Shown here piece after piece: positions 39,067 to 48,698 of a stretch of DNA of 64,000 nt. Location: contig DUMC01000178.1 of NCBI GenBank assembly GCA_012840075.1, positions 95,326 through 159,325 of the forward strand, in the 5' to 3' direction. The first letter of the stretch is position 1. Each line of letters starts with the position of its first letter. Source of the DNA: Clostridiaceae bacterium. Its GTDB lineage: Bacteria > Bacillota > Clostridia > Acetivibrionales > DUMC01. The translations under genes and the position numbers were made by a program. The notes beneath the pieces were generated by a model. It searched no databases. It saw only the letters and a list, made by a program, of their open reading frames with translations, and was not told where the DNA came from.

Positions 39067-40670
39067 CAAGTATTGGTCGGCAATTGTTTGGAATTTCTGA
39101 ATATATTAATAAACCATAAAATATCTTCCTCTTTAAGGCAATCCAGGGATAATAACAAGATGAAGTATATCAGGCTGACTAACAACGCTCCAATAGCAAT
39201 ATTCATTCCTATTGAAAAGTACTCCATATTGATAAAAAATTTAAACAAAAAGGAGACCATGATACATGATGCGGTTACGGCAAGAAAAGGTTTAACAGCC
39301 CAATCAATTATTCTGAATCTTAAACCGGTTACCTTAAGTAACCTTCCGATACTCAGTAATGAATCCATAATATTACTTACGATAATTACGATTATAAGGC
39401 CGGTAACTCCTTTTGCCGGTATTAGGTAATAAATCATTGCAACTCTTAGTATGGAGTCTATAATGTTAATTGTCATTGTGCTCATCTGTTGATCAAGACC
39501 TTTTAACATACCATCAGCAACGGTATCCAGATACATTATGGGTATTAGCGGAGCAAGCATTCTTAACATCGTGCTGATTTCTTGATTATTATATATAGCC
39601 ATGCCTAATTCAGCGGAAAATAACATTATGACTCCTGTAATCAATATTGATAGCAGGGAGGTCATCTGAAATACCCGTGAAATGGTATAATTCACTCTCT
39701 TTTTATGACCCTTCGTATTTGCTTCTGCAATTTCCGGAACAAGCAATGCAGAATAGGACGATAAGAAAACAGACGGGAAATTTAATATAGGCAAAGCCAT
39801 ACCTGTTAGCATACCGTATTGCTCAAGAGCAAACTTATTAGTAGTGCCGTATTTTTTTAATCCAGTAGGTATTAAAATATTTTCAATAGTCTTCAGTGCA
39901 GAGCGGATATATGAACTTACAGCTATGGGAAGGGAAATACTTAAAATCCTCTTTAACACTCCATGCCGTCTTATCATTTTAGTCCCGTTGTTTCTAATTA
40001 TCTTGAGGTTTGTACTCTTGTAGGGATTACTTTTATATTTTCTTTCTTCCAAGCAATAGAGCAAAAACATGTACATACATGAAATAATTTCTGATACGGT
40101 TGTACCAAGTATAATTGCAGCAACCGCATACTCCAAGCCTTTAGGCAAAAAATGGTTGATTATGTTAACAACTATAATAATTTCCGAAATCTGCTCAAGT
40201 ATTTGAGCACTAGCTGGCTTTATCACTTCCCTTAAAGCATTGAAATAACCTCTCAAACATGAAGAAATTCCAATGAACAGAAGGCTGAAAGAAAGAAGCT
40301 TAAGACCTAAAATTGTTCTATAATCACCAAGAAATTTTACTCCGAAAAAATCAGAAAAGAAAAATAGTGCAAAGCATGCAATAAGACTAAGCATAATGCT
40401 AAGAGCGAATATTTTCCTCAAAACGCTTTTTACCGTTGAATGCGAACCAATGGCTTTTTCTTCTGCAACAAGTCTTGTAACTGCAAGGCTAATACCTGAA
40501 GTAGCAAAAGTAAGTGCAAAGGTATAGACCGAAAAAATAAGCTGATACAAACCCAGCCCTTCCGGTCCTATTTTATTGGAGACATAGACTCTAAATGTAA
40601 TTCCAATAGTCCTTAAAATTAAAGAAGTTACAGTAAGGATAAATGCGTTTACTAAAAACTTTTTTTTCAA
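39045..40670 (-). CDS. spoVB: stage V sporulation protein B (MOP/MurJ-like flippase family)
   Basis: The ORF extends to 40757, but TTG 40670 is 7 nt after SD AAGGAG. About 14 TM. N-terminal KKFLVNAFILTVTSLILRTIGITFRVYVSNKIGPEGLGLYQLIF matches SpoVB-type proteins. Confidence 0.85.
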   Translation of the reverse strand: MKKKFLVNAFILTVTSLILRTIGITFRVYVSNKIGPEGLGLYQLIFSVYTFALTFATSGISLAVTRLVAEEKAIGSHSTVKSVLRKIFALSIMLSLIACFALFFFSDFFGVKFLGDYRTILGLKLLSFSLLFIGISSCLRGYFNALREVIKPASAQILEQISEIIIVVNIINHFLPKGLEYAVAAIILGTTVSEIISCMYMFLLYCLEERKYKSNPYKSTNLKIIRNNGTKMIRRHGVLKRILSISLPIAVSSYIRSALKTIENILIPTGLKKYGTTNKFALEQYGMLTGMALPILNFPSVFLSSYSALLVPEIAEANTKGHKKRVNYTISRVFQMTSLLSILITGVIMLFSAELGMAIYNNQEISTMLRMLAPLIPIMYLDTVADGMLKGLDQQMSTMTINIIDSILRVAMIYYLIPAKGVTGLIIVIIVSNIMDSLLSIGRLLKVTGLRFRIIDWAVKPFLAVTASCIMVSFLFKFFINMEYFSIGMNIAIGALLVSLIYFILLLSLDCLKEEDILWFINIFRNSKQLPTNTWHKWGQV

Positions 40671-41045
40671 TTTTGTACTCCTTGTTTTTTTACTATTAAT
40701 AAATATATGCATCATAAAATCGGTATATAATTGTTCGCTTTTATTACACAAGTTCATTATTATATTGGAACTTATAATATGGAATGCAGTCTAATATACT
40801 AAGACATGTTTTAAGAAATTTGTAAGAATTTTATTATTTTACTTTAAAGAATTTTATTATATAATAAAAACAATTAAATTTAGTTTATTTCCCTGTTCAC
40901 TGTTAGTTTACGGAAGCTCAAATAAAAATATGTACAAAGTAACCTGACAACAAAGCAACCGGATGGTAAATTATTTAAATGCCTAAGAAGATGGTAAATA
41001 ATGCTTGCGGGTATAAAATAATGGAATTTTTAAGGGAGTGATTAT

Positions 41046-43865
41046 TTGATAAGAAATAATAAAATTGTAAAACCAGCTTTGTTTTCTAATAAAATTAAAA
41101 TGATTAGAATTGCGGTATTTATTTTAATTATTTTAAACACCATGGTGATGTTTTTACCTCTTGCAACATACTCCGCCGCATCTGATGCTGATGTGGAAAT
41201 AGAAGTAAAGGCAGGTTTTAATGGAGTAGCCAGGCTTGGTAGCTATACTCCCTACCGCATTCTTCTCATAAACAAAGGAAGGACAGTAAACGGAGAAATA
41301 CAGATCGAAGTTAAAATAGACAGTGAGAATAAAGCAATTATTTCTAAACCGGTTTCCCTTCCCGAAGGTTCTATTAAGGAAATAGTGATTAATGCACCTA
41401 TATTTACTGCAAGAAAAGGTGGAAAAATAAGATTTGTTGAAAAAAATAAATCTATTAAAGAAATCGAATACTCATTTACAAAATTGATACCACCTAATAT
41501 GAAAACAATAGGTATATTGAGTGCTGATAACTCTGTTTACAGCTTTTTAAACGGTACAATGATCCCGCAACCTATCAATCCCGCACTTGCTGAAAAAATT
41601 GCTATAGCGAGATCCGCAGGTGTATATCCCACAGTTGAAATTGTTAAAATTAAAGATGAAGTTTTTGACGGATCCGTAAACAGAGTGGAAAGCGTACTTA
41701 TCCCCCTTGATGGGAGCGATTTTCCTGATGATATGAAAGTAATGCAAAGTTTCGATATTTTGATTATAAGCAATTACGATACGGGTATGCTTTCTGCACA
41801 GCAGTTGAAAACTCTTGAAAAATGGGTGGAAGAAGGAGGTACGCTTGTAATAGGTACAGGTATAAACTGGAACAAAGTATACAGCTCTTTGCCACAGTCA
41901 TTGAAGAGATTTTCAGTGAAAGATACTGCCGTTATAAAGGAATTGGACAACTTGGGAAAATTTGCCGGAACAAGTTTCAATAATGATTTTGGACTTAATA
42001 TAATAACAGGACAAATAGGTTTTGAGTATGAAAACCAGAACGGAAAACAACCGGATGAATATCCGCAGGATAAGGATTCTGAAAAACAATCTTATGAAGC
42101 ACAACAACCTGATGAAAAACAACAGGTAGAAAGACAAATATCATACAGTCCCAATATAAATGAAATTATCATAGGTACGGAAAATCAGCCTTTGGCTGTT
42201 AAATATATCCATGGATACGGCCGTATCCTGTTTTTAACTTTTGACCCGGGCATGGATCCTTTTGCAAGCTGGAAAGGGAAGCAAGCTTTCTGGGAAAATC
42301 TCCTTTTTCACAGCAGTATTAATAGTAACAATTTTTATGAGCGCGGCTCCGGGTATTATTATTCAAATTATAACAGTGCGTATTACAGCTACTTGACGGA
42401 CCAGGTTCCTGAAGACAGAAAACCGCCTTTCTTGTTAATGTTCATTGCCGTTGCGTCATATATAGTTATTGTTGGACCTCTTTTATATGTTATTTTAAGA
42501 AAAAAAGACAGAAGGGAAATAAGCTGGATCCTAATTCCTGCCATATCTCTTTTATATACCTTTATTATATACCTGGCAGGTTTTAAAACCAGGTATAATG
42601 CACCTGTTCTTAATGTTGTATCTTTGATTGAGATTGATATGGAAAACCAAAAGGCGGAAATTACAACAGGTATGGGGATTTTTAATAACAAACGCGGTAA
42701 CCTGGCACTTTCTTATCCTGAAAAAGAGAACATTGAATTTGATATCACCCAACTAGATAATAGGAGTTTCGTGGTTTATTCCGACGGAAGGGAACCTGAT
42801 GGCAAAGTAGTAAGCAAAATTGTGCTGTCAGATCCTATAATTTATGAACTTTACGATGTATCGATGTGGGAGCCCAAATATATATCTGCAAGTAAAACCG
42901 AAGTTTTCGCAGATGAAATTATAAGTTCGGTAAGTATAAGTGACGGTAGGATTAAGGCAGAAATAAATAATACAACAAAGTATGATTTAATAGACGCATT
43001 TATGACAATCGGATCAAATTTCATATATATAGGTGATATTTTTTCCGGTGAAGAAAAAATCATCAACGTGGATTTAAACTCTGAAAATGTATATAAAACC
43101 TTTGAAGAATACCTTGACGCTCAATATGGAAGAACCAGTTATCCTTCCAATATAAAACCCCCTGAAGATTTTCCTGAAAAGAGAAGAAAAAGGACAGCAA
43201 TTTCAAACCTATTTGGGGCTAAGTATTTAGAAATTAAAGGTCAGGCAAAAATCGGATTATTTGCTCTAAATTATCAGGATATCGGTTATGATATTAAAGT
43301 GAATGGACAGGAGCCTATTCAATATTATACAAATGGCATATTTACCATTCTTGAAATGAATTTTGAAAAAGGACAGATCTTTGAAATACCTGCAGGAATT
43401 ATCCTTCCCCAAGTGTCGCAGGATAACATTGAACAGGATGTGGCAAGAGTTTATGATGATAACAGTGTAGATGTAATAGATAAAGGGGATATAGATTTCA
43501 TCTTCGACATACCGGATGGTTTATATACTGAAGAATTTTCATTGAAATTTGACACATATATCCCTCTTCACATTAAGTATACCATTGAAAACATGAAACA
43601 AAGAAATAGTAATTTGCAAGCGCAAATACTCCAAAACAAATACGAATATTACCTTTATAATTGGACTTTAGGTAAGTGGGAAAGAATACAAGACAACCAT
43701 ACTCAAACTGAAAATGTAAAACAATATATTGATGAAAATAACCGTATTAAAGTTAGGGTTAAAGTTATTGAGATAGCTCAGATAGAGCCCGGAAACAATT
43801 ATAACTACGTTGAAACGGAGCGACTTGCTTTCCCGGAATTGAGTTTAAAGGGGGTTGTTAAATAG
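41046..43865 (+). CDS. large membrane protein with GldG/DUF4350-like (GATase1-like) ectodomain, function unknown
   Basis: 939 aa, TTG start after SD AGGGAG. N-terminal signal anchor. FDILIISNYDTGMLSAQQLKTLEKWVEEGGTLVIGTG and GYGRILFLTFDPGMDPFASWKGKQAFWENLLFH. Two central TM helices and a roughly 400-aa C-terminal domain. Confidence 0.75.
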   Translation: MIRNNKIVKPALFSNKIKMIRIAVFILIILNTMVMFLPLATYSAASDADVEIEVKAGFNGVARLGSYTPYRILLINKGRTVNGEIQIEVKIDSENKAIISKPVSLPEGSIKEIVINAPIFTARKGGKIRFVEKNKSIKEIEYSFTKLIPPNMKTIGILSADNSVYSFLNGTMIPQPINPALAEKIAIARSAGVYPTVEIVKIKDEVFDGSVNRVESVLIPLDGSDFPDDMKVMQSFDILIISNYDTGMLSAQQLKTLEKWVEEGGTLVIGTGINWNKVYSSLPQSLKRFSVKDTAVIKELDNLGKFAGTSFNNDFGLNIITGQIGFEYENQNGKQPDEYPQDKDSEKQSYEAQQPDEKQQVERQISYSPNINEIIIGTENQPLAVKYIHGYGRILFLTFDPGMDPFASWKGKQAFWENLLFHSSINSNNFYERGSGYYYSNYNSAYYSYLTDQVPEDRKPPFLLMFIAVASYIVIVGPLLYVILRKKDRREISWILIPAISLLYTFIIYLAGFKTRYNAPVLNVVSLIEIDMENQKAEITTGMGIFNNKRGNLALSYPEKENIEFDITQLDNRSFVVYSDGREPDGKVVSKIVLSDPIIYELYDVSMWEPKYISASKTEVFADEIISSVSISDGRIKAEINNTTKYDLIDAFMTIGSNFIYIGDIFSGEEKIINVDLNSENVYKTFEEYLDAQYGRTSYPSNIKPPEDFPEKRRKRTAISNLFGAKYLEIKGQAKIGLFALNYQDIGYDIKVNGQEPIQYYTNGIFTILEMNFEKGQIFEIPAGIILPQVSQDNIEQDVARVYDDNSVDVIDKGDIDFIFDIPDGLYTEEFSLKFDTYIPLHIKYTIENMKQRNSNLQAQILQNKYEYYLYNWTLGKWERIQDNHTQTENVKQYIDENNRIKVRVKVIEIAQIEPGNNYNYVETERLAFPELSLKGVVK

Positions 43866-44806
43866 TGCTTAAAGTCATTAATTTAGTTAAAAGGTACGGT
43901 AGATTTACTGCTGTGGATAATTTATCCATGGAAATCAGTGAAGGACAAATATATGGTTTTGTAGGTGCAAATGGAGCCGGAAAGACAACCACCATGAAAA
44001 TAATTGCAGGTTTACTTCAGCCAACCTCCGGGGAAGTCATAATTGACGGTATAAACATTTTTGATTCTCCCAGAACCGTAAAAAGAAAAATCGGATATAT
44101 GCCGGATTTTTTCGGAGTATACGATGATTTAAAAGTAGATGAGTACATGGATTTCTATGCAGGAATATACGGTATTCCATATAGGGATAGAAAGAGGATA
44201 ACTGATCAGCTTTTGGAACTTGTTGATCTCAGCGAAAAAAAAGATTTTTATGTTGACAGCCTCAGCCGAGGAATGAAGCAGAGATTATGCCTTGCGAGGA
44301 GCCTCATAAACGATCCCAAACTTTTGATTCTTGACGAACCGGCTTCAGGACTGGATCCTAAAGCAAGAGTAGAAATAAAAGGTATTCTAAGAGAGCTTAA
44401 AAATATGAGAAAAACCGTGCTCATAAGTTCACACATATTACCTGAATTGGCTGAGCTGTGCACTGCCATCGGCATTATTGATAAAGGCAAAATGGTTGCC
44501 AGCGGGACCGTTGAAGAAATAATGGATAAGCTGGCAGGTATGAGAAAATTGAAAGTGAAGGTAAAAGAGAACACTGAAAATGCAGTAAGATTATTGCAGG
44601 AACAACCTTCCATAAAGGGAATCAGAATTAACGGAAATATAATTGAAGCAGATTTTAAAGGTGATGACAATATACTTTCTTTGATACTCAAAAGACTTGT
44701 ATTGCAGGATATACCTGTGATATCATATACACTCGAAGGAGAGAGCTTGGAATCGATATTTATGCATCTAATAGAAAAGAATGGAAGTGAGAGTTATGAT
44801 GCTTAA
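43865..44806 (+). CDS. ABC transporter ATP-binding protein
   Basis: 313 aa. The GTG start overlaps the upstream stop by 1 nt. Walker A GANGAGKTT, signature LSRGMKQRL, Walker B LLILDEP. Confidence 0.95.
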   Translation: MLKVINLVKRYGRFTAVDNLSMEISEGQIYGFVGANGAGKTTTMKIIAGLLQPTSGEVIIDGINIFDSPRTVKRKIGYMPDFFGVYDDLKVDEYMDFYAGIYGIPYRDRKRITDQLLELVDLSEKKDFYVDSLSRGMKQRLCLARSLINDPKLLILDEPASGLDPKARVEIKGILRELKNMRKTVLISSHILPELAELCTAIGIIDKGKMVASGTVEEIMDKLAGMRKLKVKVKENTENAVRLLQEQPSIKGIRINGNIIEADFKGDDNILSLILKRLVLQDIPVISYTLEGESLESIFMHLIEKNGSESYDA

Positions 44807-45686
44807 CCCTATACTGGAAAAAGACTTAAAAACCAAAATGAGAAGCTGGCGAACATTTGTTCTTTTAAGTTTATACCTTGCATTTCTTGGTGGGGTGCTT
44901 TATCTGTATTTTCTATCAAACAATATAATGTTCGACATATACGGTTATTCAACCTTTAACCCAAGAATAGCAGTTAATGCATACAATGTGATTGCTATGT
45001 TCCAATTTTCACTCCTTGCATTAATTGTACCGGCACTCACATCAACAGCCATAAGCGGAGAAAGAGAAAGACAGACTCTTGATTTATTGCTCTGCTCAGG
45101 GATTTCAACTTTATCAATTATAATGGGTAAGCTTCTGGTATCAGTGGCAAACATAATGCTCCTGGTTGTTGCTTCGCTGCCGATCCTAGGAATGGTTTTC
45201 CTTTTCGGTGGTATAAGTTTCTGGGAAGTATTGCTTATGTTTCTTTACTACATTATTACGGCATTTATGGCAGCAAGCCTTGGAATATTTCTGTCCGTAA
45301 CTTTCAGGAAAAACGTTACTGCCATAATCGCATCTTATATATGTTTTGCAATATTAGCTGTTGGACCGGTTATTGCTTTATTTATATGGGGTGTGTTTTT
45401 TGGAAGAAATTACAGCGGAGAAATAACTTATGGTTTTATAGCAAAATTTTTATTTCCTTCTCCCGGTTTTGGCTTTATATCATTCTTAGCTGGCGGACAC
45501 AGCAGCATGTTCGGATTTGGAAGCTTAGTCAACGAAATAAACAACTTTATTGAAAGAGACCCCAGTTGGCTTAGGCACTTTAAACCTTGGATGCTAAACA
45601 GCATATTTAATATAGTGTTTTCATGTTTTCTAATTTATTTGAGCGCATGGAAGCTGAATCCCATTAAAAAAAGAAAACGGAAATAA
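44796..45686 (+). CDS. ABC-2-type transporter permease
   Basis: The ORF opens at 44781 (overlapping the ATPase gene); ATG 44796 is likely. Six hydrophobic segments. GERERQTLDLLL motif typical of ABC-2/NosY/GldF-like permeases. Confidence 0.88.
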   Translation: MMLNPILEKDLKTKMRSWRTFVLLSLYLAFLGGVLYLYFLSNNIMFDIYGYSTFNPRIAVNAYNVIAMFQFSLLALIVPALTSTAISGERERQTLDLLLCSGISTLSIIMGKLLVSVANIMLLVVASLPILGMVFLFGGISFWEVLLMFLYYIITAFMAASLGIFLSVTFRKNVTAIIASYICFAILAVGPVIALFIWGVFFGRNYSGEITYGFIAKFLFPSPGFGFISFLAGGHSSMFGFGSLVNEINNFIERDPSWLRHFKPWMLNSIFNIVFSCFLIYLSAWKLNPIKKRKRK

Positions 45687-45782
45687 ACTGATTATTAAAG
45701 AACATAAATTTGCAACTTCGAATATCATATTACATTGTTATAAGCTTCAGTCATTAAAATTCTAATGTTAGGAGAGAGATAG

Positions 45783-47528
45783 ATGAATGTTAAAGAAATC
45801 TTAAAAGCTCTGAAACCATTAAAAAACAAGATGCATTTGAATAATGTGTTAATATGTGTTTTTGTATCTATTAGTACAGCCGGAGCAATAACAACGGCAA
45901 TGTCTTATCTATCTCTCGCTATGCCTATACCTTACCTGACAAAATGGATCTTTCTAATTTATACCGCATGTATGGTTTTAGGAATTTTGATTTCTGCCTT
46001 CCTAAGACCGAGGAATCAAACTTTAATAAGGACTGCAGATGCCTTAGGATTAAAAGAAAGACTTATTACTGCATGGGAATTGCAAAAGGAGGAAACAATA
46101 ATTGCACAGCTTCAAAGGCAGGATACATTAATGAAGGTTTTGGAAATCGACCTTAAAAGCCTTTATCCTATTAAGTTTCCAAAGAAACTCGCAATGGCAA
46201 TTGCTGTTTTTTTGGTGTTCACTACAATATCATTTTTTATACCGACACCGGCAAAAGGAAACGCGTCGCAAATAGAAAAGCTTCAAGATACAATAGATAA
46301 ACAGCTGGAAGAAATAGAAAAAGCAACTGAAAACATTAAAGCTAGCAGCCAATTGAAAGAAGCTGAATTGCAAAAAATCATTGATGAGACGGAACGACTG
46401 ACTAAGGAGTTAAAAAAAGCCAGAACAGAAGAAGATGCATTAAAAGCCCTGTATCGTGTCGAAAATGAACTTGAAAAATTGGATTTAAATAAACAATTAA
46501 ACAAGTTGGAGGAAGCTTTTAAACAGTTTGATATAACAAATGAGCTAGGAAAGGCTATTGAAAATGAAAGCATAACAGATATAAAACAGGCTATTGAAAA
46601 ACTAATGCAGCAGATGGAACAAGATCAAATTTCTCCTGAAGAACTGGCAGAAATGTTAAAACAGGCAGCAGAACAAATTGAAAATGAAGAATTTGCAGAA
46701 CAACTTCAGAAAATCACCGAACAATTGGAAAATATCAGTGAAAAGTTACAAGCTTCCGGGGAGCAATTAATCCAAAATTCTATGGAGATGCTGGAAAGTT
46801 CTTTGCAAAACTTGGAGAATTTATTAACAGAAATGATGGTAGCTCAGAAAAATTCAAATATAAATCAAGCCTTGGGACAGCTTTACCAAACAATGCAGCA
46901 AGCCAAAAGCAAAATATCACAAGTGAACAGCAGTTTGTCAACAAATACTCAAGGTGGTTTAAAAAATACTCAAAAAGGTTTAAATGGTCAAAATGGGCAA
47001 ATCAGTCAGGGTAGCAATGATGTTCAAAATAGTGCCGGCAATCAAAATAATAACCAAAGCGGTCGGGATAGTCAAAGTAATAACAATACTCAATCTTCCG
47101 ATTCCGGTCAAAAAACAAGTGAAAGTCAGTCATCAAGCCAAGATCAAAATTCAAGCTCCCAACAAGGAAATGGAGGTGGTGGAGCCGGGGAAGGAACAAC
47201 TAATAAAGACTCAGGTTATACAGGTATGGAAAAATCCGGCGGTGGACGAGAAGCCGGTCAGGGTTATGAAGAAGAATACGAACAAATATATATTCCTGAC
47301 CACCTAGGCGGTGATACCGATCCCAGTTACGTGAGCGGTCAAAAACAGGACGGAGGAACCAGTAGTTACAACCAGGCAGAAAATGTACCCGTACAGAAAG
47401 GCACGATCTTGCCATATAATGAAGTATTACAGCACTACAGCAACGAAGCTTCCTTATATATACAAAAAGCTGACATTCCTGCCGCAATGAAAGACATAGT
47501 ACGCCAATACTTCGAATCACTGGAATAA
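45783..47528 (+). CDS. membrane-anchored coiled-coil / low-complexity protein, function unknown
   Basis: 581 aa. N-terminal TM segments, a long E/K/Q/L coiled coil, an N/Q/S/G-rich tract, and a distinct C-terminal tail ...IPAAMKDIVRQYFESLE. Confidence 0.75.
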   Translation: MNVKEILKALKPLKNKMHLNNVLICVFVSISTAGAITTAMSYLSLAMPIPYLTKWIFLIYTACMVLGILISAFLRPRNQTLIRTADALGLKERLITAWELQKEETIIAQLQRQDTLMKVLEIDLKSLYPIKFPKKLAMAIAVFLVFTTISFFIPTPAKGNASQIEKLQDTIDKQLEEIEKATENIKASSQLKEAELQKIIDETERLTKELKKARTEEDALKALYRVENELEKLDLNKQLNKLEEAFKQFDITNELGKAIENESITDIKQAIEKLMQQMEQDQISPEELAEMLKQAAEQIENEEFAEQLQKITEQLENISEKLQASGEQLIQNSMEMLESSLQNLENLLTEMMVAQKNSNINQALGQLYQTMQQAKSKISQVNSSLSTNTQGGLKNTQKGLNGQNGQISQGSNDVQNSAGNQNNNQSGRDSQSNNNTQSSDSGQKTSESQSSSQDQNSSSQQGNGGGGAGEGTTNKDSGYTGMEKSGGGREAGQGYEEEYEQIYIPDHLGGDTDPSYVSGQKQDGGTSSYNQAENVPVQKGTILPYNEVLQHYSNEASLYIQKADIPAAMKDIVRQYFESLE

Positions 47529-47529
47529 A

Positions 47530-47586
47530 AAAGGGACATTCCTCACTAAAAAGAAATACTCACTATTCAGAGAGGTGTGTCCCTTT
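47530..47586 (+). promoter_or_regulatory. long intercistronic stem-loop before the MoxR gene (no U-tract)
   Basis: AAAGGGACA (47530-47538) pairs with TGTCCCTTT (47578-47586), extended by CCTC/GAGG. It has the same AAGGGACA...TGTCCCTT design as 15100-15161. Confidence 0.5.
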
Positions 47587-47608
47587 ACCTTAGAAAGGAG
47601 GTCTATCC

Positions 47609-48604
47609 TTGGAACTCAACGAAACCCAAATTCAACTCGTTGCAAAAACTGTTGAAAAGATAGAAGCAGAAATATCTAAACAAATGGTGGGTCAAAAAGA
47701 GCTTATCCGCCAGGTGCTAATTTGCATTCTTGCAGGTGGTAATGCTCTTCTGGAAGGAGTTCCGGGTCTTGGTAAAACTCGGTTGGTAAATACTATAGGA
47801 AAAGTTATGGGGTTAAAATTCTCAAGGATACAGTTTACCCCCGATCTTATGCCTGCTGATGTAATCGGTACAAACATTATTATTAAAAACGATCAGGAAG
47901 GCGGCATGTTTAAGTTTCAACCCGGACCGATATTTAGCAACATCGTCCTAGCTGATGAAATAAACCGTGCTACACCAAAAACCCAAAGTGCCATGCTCCA
48001 GGCTATGCAAGAAAAAACAGTAACCGTTGCCAATACTACTTATCAACTTCCGAAACCGTTTTTTGTCTTAGCAACTCAGAACCCAATAGAAATGGAAGGA
48101 ACATATCCGCTGCCTGAAGCACAATTGGACAGGTTTCTGTTTAAACTCTATGTACCGTTTCCAACTCTTGAAGAGCTAGCTGACATAGTAACAATGACCA
48201 CCGGAAATACACAAACAGAGTTGCATGAAGTAACCAACAGCGAAGAATTACTTAAAATAATGGAAATATCAAAGGAAATACCCGTAGCAAAGCCGGTGTT
48301 GGAATATGCATTAAAACTGATACTTGCCACTCATCCGGAGACAGAATACGCGCATGAAATTACAAAAAAATTCATCCGCTATGGTTCCAGCCCACGCGGA
48401 GCTCAAGCCATTATTTCTACAGCCAAAATAAGGGCGTTATTGGAAGGAAGGTACAATGTAGCATTCGAAGACATTCGTTATACTGCTTATCCTGCTTTGA
48501 GGCACAGGATATTCCTTAATTTTGAAGGCTTATCCGAAGGTTTGACAACTGACGAAATAATCACGGAATTAATAAAGGATTTAGATAAGCAAAATAAGAT
48601 TTAA
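47609..48604 (+). CDS. MoxR-family AAA+ ATPase
   Basis: 331 aa, TTG start after SD AAAGGAGG. Walker A GVPGLGKT, Walker B LADEINRATPKTQSAMLQAMQE. ATQNPIEMEGTYPLPEAQLDRF. Confidence 0.95.
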   Translation: MELNETQIQLVAKTVEKIEAEISKQMVGQKELIRQVLICILAGGNALLEGVPGLGKTRLVNTIGKVMGLKFSRIQFTPDLMPADVIGTNIIIKNDQEGGMFKFQPGPIFSNIVLADEINRATPKTQSAMLQAMQEKTVTVANTTYQLPKPFFVLATQNPIEMEGTYPLPEAQLDRFLFKLYVPFPTLEELADIVTMTTGNTQTELHEVTNSEELLKIMEISKEIPVAKPVLEYALKLILATHPETEYAHEITKKFIRYGSSPRGAQAIISTAKIRALLEGRYNVAFEDIRYTAYPALRHRIFLNFEGLSEGLTTDEIITELIKDLDKQNKI

Positions 48605-48698
48605 GAATGTAAGATTCTGGATTATTAGATTTAATATTATATTAGATTTAAATGAATCATTAAAAAATCAAAATGAAGAAAAAAACGGATGAATCATT

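Noticed and set aside
46984-47520. Alternative-frame ORFs 46984..47307 (+), 47002..47199 (-) and 47200..47520 (-)
   Set aside because: They arise from the N/Q/S/G low-complexity tract of the 581-aa protein. The main frame is continuous with conserved N- and C-terminal regions.
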